DNA of 64,000 nucleotides from Candidatus Sericytochromatia bacterium (GCA_036675505.1 JAKFEW010000047.1:8821-72820); one strand, 5' to 3'; shown: positions 17,022 through 25,966, numbered from the stretch's first letter. Numbers and translations: made by a program. Notes: generated by a model from the letters alone, not told the origin.

Positions 17022-18329
17022 ATGCGGACGACGACGACGCGGCGCAAGGTGATCGGGATCGGCCTCACGGCCGCCCTCGCGGCCACGATGGCCGGCTGTG
17101 GCGCGGGACCCCGCATGGCCGGCAGCGTCGCCGCCGGCGACCTGGTGACCCAGGGCGCGCGCGATCCCGGCCGCGACGAGGGGCCCACCCAGTCCCTGTT
17201 GCAGCCGGCGCATGCGCTGCGCGGCCCGAACCCCGTGCGCAGCGGCAACTTCGCGCGCCTGCACGCCTCGGCGTCGCAGACCCTGCCCGCGCTGCGCGCG
17301 CTGATCGGCTCGGCGAAGCGGTCGCTCTGGTTCGAGACCTTCAACTTCGGCAACGATTCGATGGGCCAGCAGATTTACCCGCTGCTGATCGAGAAGGCCA
17401 GGGCCGGCGTCGAGGTGAAGGTGATCATGGACTACGTCGGCAGCCGCTTCCTGCCGAAGCACGGCGAGATGGTCCGCGCGATGCGTCAGGCCGGCGTCGA
17501 GGTGCGGATGTACAAGCCGCGCTGGATCGTCAAGGACGACAAGCAGCGCGGCATCAACATCCAGCACCGCAAGGTCTACCTCGCGGACGGCGAGCGCGGC
17601 CTCACCGGCGGCGTGAACCTCATGCAGCCCTTCGACACCCACACCGAAGACGTGCTGGTGGAGTACCGCGGCCCGATCATCCGCGACCTCGCGGCCGAGT
17701 ACGCGTTCGACTGGAAGGCGAGCGGCGGCGATACGCTGGCGCTGCCGCCCCAGGCGCCGCCGCAGCCGGATGGCGACGTGGAGGCCCGCGTGGTCGTGAC
17801 CAGCCCGGCCGAAGGCCGCTTCGAGGGCCGCGACGCCATCTACGCCGGCCTCGCCGCCGCCCGGCGCCAGATCGAGATCGCGAACCAGTATCTCTGGGAC
17901 GACGGCATCATCAAGCGCCTGCACGCGGCGCTCGCGCGCGGCGTGAAGGTGCGCGTGATCGTGCCCGGCGACGAGGACCACGGGCCGTTCAAGGCGCTGC
18001 ACGGCGAGGAGCTCAAGAAGCTCACTGAGCACGGCGCGGAGGCGCGGTTGTTCACCGGCACGCACGCCGAGGCGCACCTGCACACGAAGTTCTTCGGCGC
18101 GGACGACGCCTGGGTGGCGATCGGCTCGACCAACGGCGACACGCGCGCGCTGATGGACAACCAGGAGCTCGACACGATCATCACGGACCCCTGGCTCGCC
18201 AAGGATTTCCGCGACCGCATGTTCCAGCGCCTCTGGACGAGCGAGTCGAAGCCGTTCGTCTACAAGCCGGGCGGCCCGATGACGAAGCCGTTCCGGACCC
18301 TGCTCGAGATCATCGACTACTACCTGTAG
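17022..18329 (+). CDS. Phospholipase D-family (HKD) lipoprotein, paralog A
   Basis: Lipobox LAATMAGCGAG. Two HKD motifs (NIQHRKVYLADGERGLTGGVNL, HLHTKFFGADDAWVAIGSTNGDTRAL). Confidence 0.85.
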   Translation: MRTTTTRRKVIGIGLTAALAATMAGCGAGPRMAGSVAAGDLVTQGARDPGRDEGPTQSLLQPAHALRGPNPVRSGNFARLHASASQTLPALRALIGSAKRSLWFETFNFGNDSMGQQIYPLLIEKARAGVEVKVIMDYVGSRFLPKHGEMVRAMRQAGVEVRMYKPRWIVKDDKQRGINIQHRKVYLADGERGLTGGVNLMQPFDTHTEDVLVEYRGPIIRDLAAEYAFDWKASGGDTLALPPQAPPQPDGDVEARVVVTSPAEGRFEGRDAIYAGLAAARRQIEIANQYLWDDGIIKRLHAALARGVKVRVIVPGDEDHGPFKALHGEELKKLTEHGAEARLFTGTHAEAHLHTKFFGADDAWVAIGSTNGDTRALMDNQELDTIITDPWLAKDFRDRMFQRLWTSESKPFVYKPGGPMTKPFRTLLEIIDYYL

Positions 18330-18333
18330 CCAG

Positions 18334-19701
18334 TTAGAACAGGAAGTCCACCGACTCCAGGATACTGAACAGCCACTTCTTCCAGAAGGGCAGCGCCTCG
18401 ATGGTCGCGAGCGCGATCGGCTTCGCCGTCTTCCAGTCGCGCTCGAGCTGCTCGTCGATGAACTTCTTCGCCGCGGCCTTGTCGTAGATGATGCTGTTCA
18501 GCTCGTGGTTCTGCGACAGCGTGCGCGCGTCGCCGTTCGCCGAGCCGATCGAGAGCACCTTGCCGTCGACGACCATCGCCTTGAAGTGCGAGAAGCTCTC
18601 GACCTGCTCGTTGCCGACCTTGAAGTTGCTCAGGAAGCGGACCTCGATGCCGGCCGCGAGCAGCTGGCGGGCCGACTCCATGTTGAGGTTGCCGTACAGG
18701 AAGCCCGGGATCCCGCGCTCGCCCTTGCCGGGCATCATCACCTTGATCGAGAGCTTGGGGTTGCGCTTCTTGGCCTTGATCAGCTCGTCGATCATCGCGT
18801 CGTCCGAGAAGTACGGGTAAACGATGCGGATCTCCGAGGTGGCGTAGCGGATCAGCTTGAGCTGGGTCTCGCGCAGCTCGGTCTTCTTGGCGTGCGGGTC
18901 GGTCACGACCGACTGCACCCAGGCCGCGCCGCCCTTGGCGGGCTTCACTTGCGGGATGTGGGCGGGCACCTTGCCGCCGGCCTTGACCCAGTTCTTGAGG
19001 AACTCGCGCTGGATGCGGGCGGTCTCGTCGCCCTCGACCGTGTACATCAGGTCGTGCCAGGCCTTCTCGGTGCCCTGGCCGGGGTTGAAGAAGGTGGGCT
19101 TGAGGTACTCGTCGCCGATGTTGCGGCCGCCCGAGAGGAACTTCGTGCCGTCCTGGATGAAGAGCTTGCGGTGGGTGATCGGCGTGGCGCCCGTGGCGGT
19201 GGGGTCGACGCTGCCGCGGTTGAACTCGCGGACCTCGATCCCGTTGTCGCGCAGGAACTTCACGATCTCCGTGTCCTTGGTCGGGTTCGTGGCGTCGCGC
19301 AGGCCGGACCAGTCGATCAGGACCTTCATGTCGAAGGGCTCGCCCTTCTCGTCGGCGAGGCGCTTGCGGTCGATCAGGGCCTGGGCGATCTCGCGGCCGG
19401 ACTCGTCGTTGTGCCAGATGAAGATCTCGAGCCAGAAGGCTTCCTTCGAGGTCTTGATCGCGTCGAGGATGGCGAGGCGCGATTCGTCGGGCGAGACGTG
19501 CAGGGTGACCTTGTTGTGGAAGGTGGGCTGGTTGAGGGCCAGGCGCTCGACGCCGAGCGTGCCGTTGCGCGCGAGCACCCGGTTGGCCGTCACGTCCTTG
19601 GGGGGCGCGATCTTGGCCTCCAGCTTGGGCAGCCGGCGGTCCTGGAACTTCAAGATCTTTTCGCGAATGTTCGTCGGCATCGTCAGATCGGCTCTCAACA
19701 A
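18334..19701 (-). CDS. Phospholipase D-family (HKD) protein, divergent paralog B (no obvious signal peptide)
   Basis: Two HKD motifs (THRKLFIQDGTKFLSGGRNIGDEY, SHFKAMVVDGKVLSIGSANGDARTL). The protein is Lys-rich and its codon usage has lower GC than the flanking genes. Confidence 0.85.
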   Translation of the reverse strand: MLRADLTMPTNIREKILKFQDRRLPKLEAKIAPPKDVTANRVLARNGTLGVERLALNQPTFHNKVTLHVSPDESRLAILDAIKTSKEAFWLEIFIWHNDESGREIAQALIDRKRLADEKGEPFDMKVLIDWSGLRDATNPTKDTEIVKFLRDNGIEVREFNRGSVDPTATGATPITHRKLFIQDGTKFLSGGRNIGDEYLKPTFFNPGQGTEKAWHDLMYTVEGDETARIQREFLKNWVKAGGKVPAHIPQVKPAKGGAAWVQSVVTDPHAKKTELRETQLKLIRYATSEIRIVYPYFSDDAMIDELIKAKKRNPKLSIKVMMPGKGERGIPGFLYGNLNMESARQLLAAGIEVRFLSNFKVGNEQVESFSHFKAMVVDGKVLSIGSANGDARTLSQNHELNSIIYDKAAAKKFIDEQLERDWKTAKPIALATIEALPFWKKWLFSILESVDFLF

Positions 19702-19902
19702 GGCGGCAGGCGCCTGTGGATCTTGTCCCGCATGATCGGGCCGAATCTTCTTATGCTGGGGTTAACCGGGGGGCGTCGAAAGGTTAAGGAGTTGAGTTTT
19801 TCGATACAGCCTGTTGACGAATCGCCTAACAAGGTTTAGGATAGGTTAAGGGGATAACTTGGAGTTAACCACGGCGCACTGGCTCGGGAGGTTGGACGTT
19901 CG

Positions 19903-21201
19903 ATGAAGAGCGGAACCCGGATCGTCTTCACGGTTGCGATGGCAGCGCTGCTCGGCGCGTGCACCACCTTGTCGACTCCGCCCAGCGCCGGCACGAAGGC
20001 CGGCGCCCTCCAGGCCCTCGACGCCGTCGACGGCCCCGAGCCGCGCCTCGACCAGTACCCGACGCTGACGATCGACGTGCCGGCGCGGCCCACGCGCACC
20101 GCGCCGCGGCCCACCGGCGGCAACGTCGTCACGCCGTACGTGTCGCCCGCCGAGACCCTCCCGGCGCTGCTCGCGCTGATCGACGGCGCGAAGTCGTCGA
20201 TCTACCTCGAGACCTTCAACTTCGGCAGCCAGTCCTATGGCGAGCGGCTCGTGCCGCGCCTGATCGCGAAGGCCCGCGCGGGCGTCGAGGTGAAGGTGGT
20301 CATGGACTACTGCGGCAGCCGCTTCCTGCCGGGCCACAAGGAGATGCTGCGCGACCTGCGCGCGGCCGGCGTGGACGTGCGCCGCTACCTGCCGCGCGGG
20401 ATCCGCAAGGACGACCGGCAGATCGGCATCAACATCCAGCACCGCAAGGTCTACCTCGCGGACGGCGAGCGCGCGCTGGTGGGCGGCGTGAACCTCATGA
20501 AGGGGTTCGACACGATTCACCAGGACATCCTCGTGGCGTTCAGCGGGCCGGTGGTGGCGGACCTCTACAAGGAGTTCGCCCACGACTTCAAGGCCGCCGG
20601 CGGCAAAGCCGCGGTGCGCCTCCCGGCGCCGGTCTCGGCGGGCGGCTCGGCCACCACGCAGGTCTGCGTGACCAGCCCGGCCGAGGGCCGCTTCGAGGGC
20701 CGCGACATGATCTATGCGGGCATCGACGCCGCCAGCCGCTCGATCGTGATCGAGAACCAGTACCTCTGGGACGATCGCCTGATCGGGAAGCTCTACGCGG
20801 CGCTCGAGCGCGGCGTGCGGGTGCGCGTGATGGTGCCCGGCGAGGAAGCCAAAAAGGTGTGGCAGCACGTGCACGCCGAGGAGCTCAAGCGCCTCGTCGA
20901 TCGCGGCGCCGAAGCGCGCGTCTACCACGGCGATCCCTTCGAGGCCCACCTGCACGTGAAGTACTACTCGGTGGACGACCGCTGGACGGCGATCGGCTCG
21001 ACCAACGGCGACACGCGCGCGCTGCTCGACAACCAGGAAGTCCAGATCGCCGTCACCGACCCCGGATTCGCGGTGGAGCTGCGTCAGCGGCTCTTCGAGC
21101 GCGACTGGAACGAGCGCTCGCAGCCGTTCGTTTACAAGCCGGGGACCTTCATCAGCCGCCCCTTCCGGAGCCTGATGGAGATCATCGACTACTACTTGTA
21201 G
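19903..21201 (+). CDS. Phospholipase D-family (HKD) lipoprotein, paralog C (close paralog of A)
   Basis: Lipobox LLGACTT. HKD motifs (NIQHRKVYLADGERALVGGVNL, HLHVKYYSVDDRWTAIGSTNGDTRAL). It is collinear with paralog A over its whole length. Confidence 0.85.
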   Translation: MKSGTRIVFTVAMAALLGACTTLSTPPSAGTKAGALQALDAVDGPEPRLDQYPTLTIDVPARPTRTAPRPTGGNVVTPYVSPAETLPALLALIDGAKSSIYLETFNFGSQSYGERLVPRLIAKARAGVEVKVVMDYCGSRFLPGHKEMLRDLRAAGVDVRRYLPRGIRKDDRQIGINIQHRKVYLADGERALVGGVNLMKGFDTIHQDILVAFSGPVVADLYKEFAHDFKAAGGKAAVRLPAPVSAGGSATTQVCVTSPAEGRFEGRDMIYAGIDAASRSIVIENQYLWDDRLIGKLYAALERGVRVRVMVPGEEAKKVWQHVHAEELKRLVDRGAEARVYHGDPFEAHLHVKYYSVDDRWTAIGSTNGDTRALLDNQEVQIAVTDPGFAVELRQRLFERDWNERSQPFVYKPGTFISRPFRSLMEIIDYYL

Positions 21202-21301
21202 CTTTTAGAGCGGCGGGCGCTCGAGAATCAACGGTGAGAGAGAGGGCAACGGGTCGTCGGGGAAATCCCGATGGCCCGTTCGCCTTTGCAGGGCCAGGCG
21301 C

Positions 21302-21670
21302 TCAGGCCACGACCGGCGAGAGGTGCTTGCCGATCACGCGGAAGAGGCGGTCATCGGCGAGCGGGTTGGCGATGAAGTCCAGCGCGCCGGCCCGCTTGGC
21401 CTCGAGCACGGGCGTGTGGTGGTGCACAGGGCCGGTCAGGATCACGCCGGCGCAGGGATCGGCCACGCGCAGCGCCTTGAGCGCCGTCACGCCGTCCATG
21501 TCGGGCAGGTGGTGGTGCATGACCACCACGTCGGGGTCGGTCTGGCCGTAGATGGCGATCGCCGCCATCCCCGAGCCGACCTCGACCACCTGGTAGCCGT
21601 GCGCCTCGAGGGCGCGCGCCAACAGGCGGCGTTTGAAGACCCCAGGCTCGACGAGCAGCACGGTCCGCAT
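21302..21670 (-). CDS. Single-domain response-regulator receiver (CheY-like)
   Basis: MRTVLLVEPGVFKRRLLARALEAHGYQVVEVGSGMAAIAIY...DVVVMHHHLPDMDGVTALKAL has the receiver-domain fold. There is no output domain. Confidence 0.7.
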   Translation of the reverse strand: MRTVLLVEPGVFKRRLLARALEAHGYQVVEVGSGMAAIAIYGQTDPDVVVMHHHLPDMDGVTALKALRVADPCAGVILTGPVHHHTPVLEAKRAGALDFIANPLADDRLFRVIGKHLSPVVA

Positions 21671-21812
21671 GGCGCACCTCCAGGGCCCCAGCCTAAGCGG
21701 GATCCGGGAGGACGTCCTCGGCCGGCGCTACGACGGTCTTCGTGCGTTTCGGCAAAGGAGCGCCGCCCCCGCACGAACATGGGCGGAGGCGGCACGGGAA
21801 GCGCGTTGCGAG

Positions 21813-22826
21813 CTACGCGGCGGTAGCGGTGGCCTCGTCGTCGTCGTCGACGCCCGTCGCGTCATCGTCGTCGTCGGCCTCGTCGTCTTCACCGTCATCG
21901 TACGGATCGGCCGAGGGCAAAGGCGCGGGGTTGTGGGCCGGGGCGATCTTCGAGACCTCGACGTTGACCTTGCCGTCCGCGTCGCGGGTGCCGGTGATCT
22001 CGGTGCGGTTGCCGTCGCGGTGGGTGATGTAGCCGTCGATCTTCTCGGTGCCGTCCGCATTGACCGTCTTGGTCCACTCGGCGTACTCCTGGCGGCCGTC
22101 CTTGTAGATCACGGTGCGCTTGGTGACGACCTGGTAGGCGCCGTTGTCGCCGACCAGCGTGCGGATGCGCTCGAGGTCGATGCGCAGGTCCTTGTTGTTC
22201 TGGCCGGTCTGGTGGACCGACAGCGTCTGGGTCGTGCCCTCGTCGTCGACGACGCGGCGGGTCTCGACTTCCCAGGTGCCCTTGTTGGTGGAGGTCCAGG
22301 TCGTGACGATTTCCTTGCCGCCGCCGCCGAGGTCGTTGATCGTGGTGACGGGCGCCGTCCGGTTCTTGCGGATGCTGTCGATCTCGCCTTCGTGGAGCTC
22401 GAACGCGAGCTCGCGCTTGTGCTTGAGGGCGGCCTTCACTTCACGCTTGAGCTTGAAGCGCTGCCAGGCGCGCTTGAGCTTGTCCTTGAGGTCCTGGAAC
22501 CAGCCCTGCAGCTGGTAGGTCGGGCCGTCGTCGGCGAGCAGCTCGAGCGCTTCGAGCTCGGCGTCGGCCGTGATCACGTCGGCGGTGACTTCCTGCGCGG
22601 CGACGGCGAGCGCGGCGGGGGCGGCGCCGGCCGTCACCACGACGGTCGGGGCGGGACCCTTGAAGCCGGGGACCGTGCGAATCAGCGGGGCGGCCGCGGG
22701 CGCCAGCGGAGCCGGGGCGACGGGCACCGAGACCGACGTCGCGAGACGGGCCGAGGGCGCGGACGTGCAGCCTGCCAGCAGGGCGGCGGCGAGGGTCACG
22801 AGGATCGCGGTACGGCGAGCGGCCAT
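21813..22826 (-). CDS. Hypothetical lipoprotein with an acidic C-terminal tail
   Basis: Lipobox LLAGCTSA. GAAGGAG RBS. The C-terminus is a D/E-rich tract. Confidence 0.55.
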   Translation of the reverse strand: MAARRTAILVTLAAALLAGCTSAPSARLATSVSVPVAPAPLAPAAAPLIRTVPGFKGPAPTVVVTAGAAPAALAVAAQEVTADVITADAELEALELLADDGPTYQLQGWFQDLKDKLKRAWQRFKLKREVKAALKHKRELAFELHEGEIDSIRKNRTAPVTTINDLGGGGKEIVTTWTSTNKGTWEVETRRVVDDEGTTQTLSVHQTGQNNKDLRIDLERIRTLVGDNGAYQVVTKRTVIYKDGRQEYAEWTKTVNADGTEKIDGYITHRDGNRTEITGTRDADGKVNVEVSKIAPAHNPAPLPSADPYDDGEDDEADDDDDATGVDDDDEATATAA

Positions 22827-22991
22827 CGGTCTATCTCCTTCGGTGGGGGCTTTGTACTTGAATGAGCTGTTAGCTCTGCACGGGATCTTTGTCGCCAGGC
22901 TTTTGGTGATCCTCGATAAAGACGAGGTAAAGGCGTGTTGAAAACTGGCGAAAGAAGTTTTCCCAGAGTGAAGGTGCTCCGGGAAACCGCG

Positions 22992-24167
22992 CTACTTGCC
23001 CTTGCCCTTGCCCTTGTCGCCCGACGCGTCGCCCGCAGGGCCATCGTCGTCCCCGTCGTCGTCGTCGCCGTCGTCGTCGCCCGAGCCGCTGCCGTGCCCA
23101 GCGCCGCCCGACGGGGTGTCACCCGCCGGCGCGTTGCCGGCACCCGCGCCACTGCTGCCACCGCCTGCGGCGCCGCTGCCACTCTGGTCGCCGCCGCCGT
23201 GTTCGGTCGGGGCGGCCGGCGTGGCGGGCTGCGCCGGTTGCGCGGCGTTGCCCGGCTCAGCAGGCTGCGCGGGCGTCGCGGGTTGGGCCGGCGTCGCGCC
23301 GTTGTCGCGCGGGGCTTCCTGCGGCGCCGCGGCGGCCGCCTTCTTCGCTTCATCGGCAGCCGCCTGCTTCTCCACTTCGGCGGCCTGCTTCGCCTCGGCG
23401 ACGGCGGCCAGGGCGGCCTGGGCGGCTTCGGGCCGCTTCTCGAGTGCCTTCTCGAGCGCCTTGTCGGCCGAGCCGCCCGGCTTGAGATCGATCTGGATCT
23501 CGCCGGCGTCGGAGGCGGCCTTTACGGCGTCTTCGAGGGCCTTCAGCTTGTCGGGCTTGATCTGGGCGAGCTCCTTGGGATCCTTGAGCTTCGCGCGCAC
23601 GCCGTCGGAGACCGCCGTCGAGACCGGGTCGACGCGCAGCTCTTCGGCCGCGTTGGCCTTCATCAGGCGGCCGAGCCGGAAGCCCTTGCCGCGAATCTCG
23701 ATGAAGGCGACGGTTCCTTCGGGCACGCCCGCGAGCGAGAATTTGCCCAGGGTGTCGGTCTTGGCCGGCGCCACGCCGGGGAAGGGCCGGCCGTCTGCGG
23801 CCAAAAGCACGACCTCGGCATCCGGCACAGGCGCGAGCGCCTCGGCGGCGAGCAGGCCGAATCGCGGGACGCTCAGCGAGCCGCCGCCATTCGCGACGAT
23901 CGAGCTGCCGCCGTTCGTGACGATCGAGCCGCCGCCATTCGCGACGATCGAGCCGCCGCCGTTCGCAATCACCGAGCCGCCGCCGTTTGCGATGACGCTC
24001 GCGGGGGCCTGGGCCACGCCGCCAATCATGATCTTGGGGGCGATCCGGGCCGCGGGGCCACTGACGCGGTTTTCTACGAGGCCGCCGTCGGGTTTGGTCA
24101 GGCTCGGCGGCTGACACGCGGTCAGCACCAGGGCGAGCGGAAGAGCCAACGGCCAGGCACGCAACAT
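22992..24167 (-). CDS. Lipoprotein with ANGGGS octapeptide repeats and a carboxypeptidase-regulatory-like domain (paralog of 7456-10200 and 36629-38296)
   Basis: Lipobox LALVLTAC. VIANGGGSVIANGGGSIVANGGGSIVTNGGSSIVANGGGS repeats. AEVVLLAADGRPFPGVAPAKTDTLGKFSLAGVPEGTVAFIEIRGKG matches CarbopepD_reg. The C-terminus has an Ala/Lys/Glu coiled-coil-like region and a Gly/Asp-rich tail. I took the start at the second ATG (24167), which has a GAAAGGGGG RBS. Confidence 0.7.
   Translation of the reverse strand: MLRAWPLALPLALVLTACQPPSLTKPDGGLVENRVSGPAARIAPKIMIGGVAQAPASVIANGGGSVIANGGGSIVANGGGSIVTNGGSSIVANGGGSLSVPRFGLLAAEALAPVPDAEVVLLAADGRPFPGVAPAKTDTLGKFSLAGVPEGTVAFIEIRGKGFRLGRLMKANAAEELRVDPVSTAVSDGVRAKLKDPKELAQIKPDKLKALEDAVKAASDAGEIQIDLKPGGSADKALEKALEKRPEAAQAALAAVAEAKQAAEVEKQAAADEAKKAAAAAPQEAPRDNGATPAQPATPAQPAEPGNAAQPAQPATPAAPTEHGGGDQSGSGAAGGGSSGAGAGNAPAGDTPSGGAGHGSGSGDDDGDDDDGDDDGPAGDASGDKGKGKGK
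23877..23996. repeat. 24-bp tandem repeat x5 encoding the ANGGGS repeats
   Basis: The units gagccgccgccattcgcgacgatc / gagctgccgccgttcgtgacgatc / gagccgccgccattcgcgacgatc / gagccgccgccgttcgcaatcacc / gagccgccgccgtttgcgatgacg are read directly in the sequence. Confidence 0.8.
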
Positions 24168-24252
24168 CAGGATCCCCCTTTCCATACGGAAGTCCTATAC
24201 CCGAACCCTTGCCTGGTTGACACAGCGGGGCGCGGTCCGTCCGGTCATCGCC

Positions 24253-25248
24253 TCAATGCCCGTGGTGGTGGTCGTGGTGATGATCGTGGCCGTCGTCGTG
24301 GTGGTGGTGGTCGTGCCCGTGATGGGGTGGCTGCACCATGCCGAGGTTGCAGGCCGGCGAATCCGGCGAGCAGTGCTCCGCCTCGGCCTGGATCGTGGTG
24401 TGGATGATGCCGTACTTGTCGGCGAGCAGCTGGGTGCAGGCGGCGACGACGCCGACGCTGCGCGGCACGAGTTCGTCCTCGATGAGGACGTGGCACGAGA
24501 GGCTCGGCATGTTGCGGGCGATGCTCCAGACGTGCAGGTCGTGGACCTCGCGAACGCCCGCGATCGCCTTCAAGTCGCCCACCAGGCCCTCGACGTCGAG
24601 GTCCGGCGGCGCGCCTTCCATGAGGATCGCGATGCTCTCATCCACGACCTGCCAGGCCCCGTAGGCGATGAAGACGGCGATCGCCACCGACAGCAGCGGG
24701 TCGACCGCGTGCCAGCCCGTCACAGCGATCACGATCGCGCCGACGATCACGCCGCCGGACGCCGCCGCGTCGCCCATCACGTGCAGGAAAGCGCTGCGCA
24801 CGTTGAGGTTGTGCTCGGACTCGCCCTTGAGGCCCAGGCCGATCGCGAGGTTGATCACCAGGCCGATCGCCGCGGCGGCGAGCATCGTCATCGGCTGCAC
24901 GGCGACCGGTGCGCCCAGGCGCCCGTACGCCTCGTAGCCGATCCACAAGGCGATCAAGATCAGGCTCACGGCGTTCGCGAGCGCGGCGAGGATGCCGGTG
25001 CGGTGGTAACCGAAGGTGCGCTTCCGATCCGCCGGGCGCGTGGCTTGCCAGGTGGCGTACCACGAGAGGCCGAGGGCCGCGATGTCGGTGACGACATGGC
25101 CGGCGTCGGCGAGCAGGGCCAGGGACTTCGAGAGCCAGCCACCCACCAGCAGCACGGCGAGAACGCCGAAAGACAGGAAGAACGCGATCGCGAGCTTCCG
25201 CCCCGTCAGGTGGGCGTGGTGGTGATGGTGGTGGGCGTGGCCGATCAC
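24253..25248 (-). CDS. czcD: Cation diffusion facilitator (CDF) family metal exporter, CzcD-like, with His-rich termini
   Basis: The TM core follows the CDF signature (FFLSFGVLAVLLVGGWLSKSLALLADAGHVVTDIAAL...HVMGDAAASGGVIVGAIVI). Both termini are His-rich (HAHHHHHHAH at the N-terminus, HHGHDHHHHDDGHDHHHDHHHGH at the C-terminus). The GTG start overlaps the stop of the upstream small ORF (GTGA). Confidence 0.85.
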   Translation of the reverse strand: MIGHAHHHHHHAHLTGRKLAIAFFLSFGVLAVLLVGGWLSKSLALLADAGHVVTDIAALGLSWYATWQATRPADRKRTFGYHRTGILAALANAVSLILIALWIGYEAYGRLGAPVAVQPMTMLAAAAIGLVINLAIGLGLKGESEHNLNVRSAFLHVMGDAAASGGVIVGAIVIAVTGWHAVDPLLSVAIAVFIAYGAWQVVDESIAILMEGAPPDLDVEGLVGDLKAIAGVREVHDLHVWSIARNMPSLSCHVLIEDELVPRSVGVVAACTQLLADKYGIIHTTIQAEAEHCSPDSPACNLGMVQPPHHGHDHHHHDDGHDHHHDHHHGH

Positions 25249-25448
25249 GCTTCCGGGGTGATCTTCGCGATGCGCTCGCGCACGCTCTGGATCGTGCCCA
25301 GCGGCGCCGGCGTAGCGGGCACGTCGGCCGTAGGCGCCTGCGCCGCGGGCTCGATCGGGCCCAGCAAGGGCCCGGTCGCCACCTTCTTGGCGCGGCGGGC
25401 GACCGCGCGCGAGAGCTTGAGCTGATCGTTTGGCTGCTTGTCGGCCAT
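25245..25448 (-). CDS. Small hypothetical protein (67 aa) translationally coupled to the CDF exporter
   Basis: GAAGGAGG lies 6 nt before the ATG. High GC3. Its stop overlaps the CDF start. Confidence 0.55.
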   Translation of the reverse strand: MADKQPNDQLKLSRAVARRAKKVATGPLLGPIEPAAQAPTADVPATPAPLGTIQSVRERIAKITPEA

Positions 25449-25882
25449 GCGGGCCTCCTTCGGGCGGGCAGGGATCGCCCTCAGTATACCCCGCGTCGTG
25501 GCCGCCGGTGACGCGGCTCACGGCCCGCTAGGCGGCTTCCGGCGGACCATACCGGTGGGGAAAGCCCCCGCGATCCGGGTATACGGATCACGACGCCGAA
25601 GCCCCCAGCGGGAAAAGGCGCCGAGCGGGGGGCCGACCACCCGAGCGGGTGGAAGGTCCCCAGGCGAGGACCCCTCCGTATGATGTCTCTGGAAGCCCTG
25701 GCGATGGTACTGTGCGCCGCGATCGCGGTTTACCTGGCCTTCACCAAATGCCCCTGTAGCGTCGTTTCCGACGACTTGCAAGCGAGCTACGATCCATCTG
25801 AGCAGCCGTCCCGCTAGAGCGGGTCTGGACGCGCCCCGCGCGCTCATGTTAGGATGACCAGACTCCCGGCGATGCCGGGCGC

Positions 25883-25954
25883 GCCCCGATGGTCTAGTGG
25901 TTAGGACACCACCCTTTCAAGGTGGTAACACGGGTTCAATTCCCGTTCGGGGTA
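25883..25954 (+). tRNA. tRNA-Glu (anticodon TTC)
   Basis: Cloverleaf folded by hand. The acceptor pairs gccccga with tcggggt (G1-U72 wobble). The D-arm is gtct/agtggttaggac. The anticodon stem is ccacc/ggtgg and the loop is cTTTCaa. The T-arm is acggg/ttcaatt/cccgt. The discriminator is A and there is no encoded CCA. It resembles the E. coli tRNA-Glu architecture. Confidence 0.85.
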
Positions 25955-25966
25955 CTCGCTTTCTGG

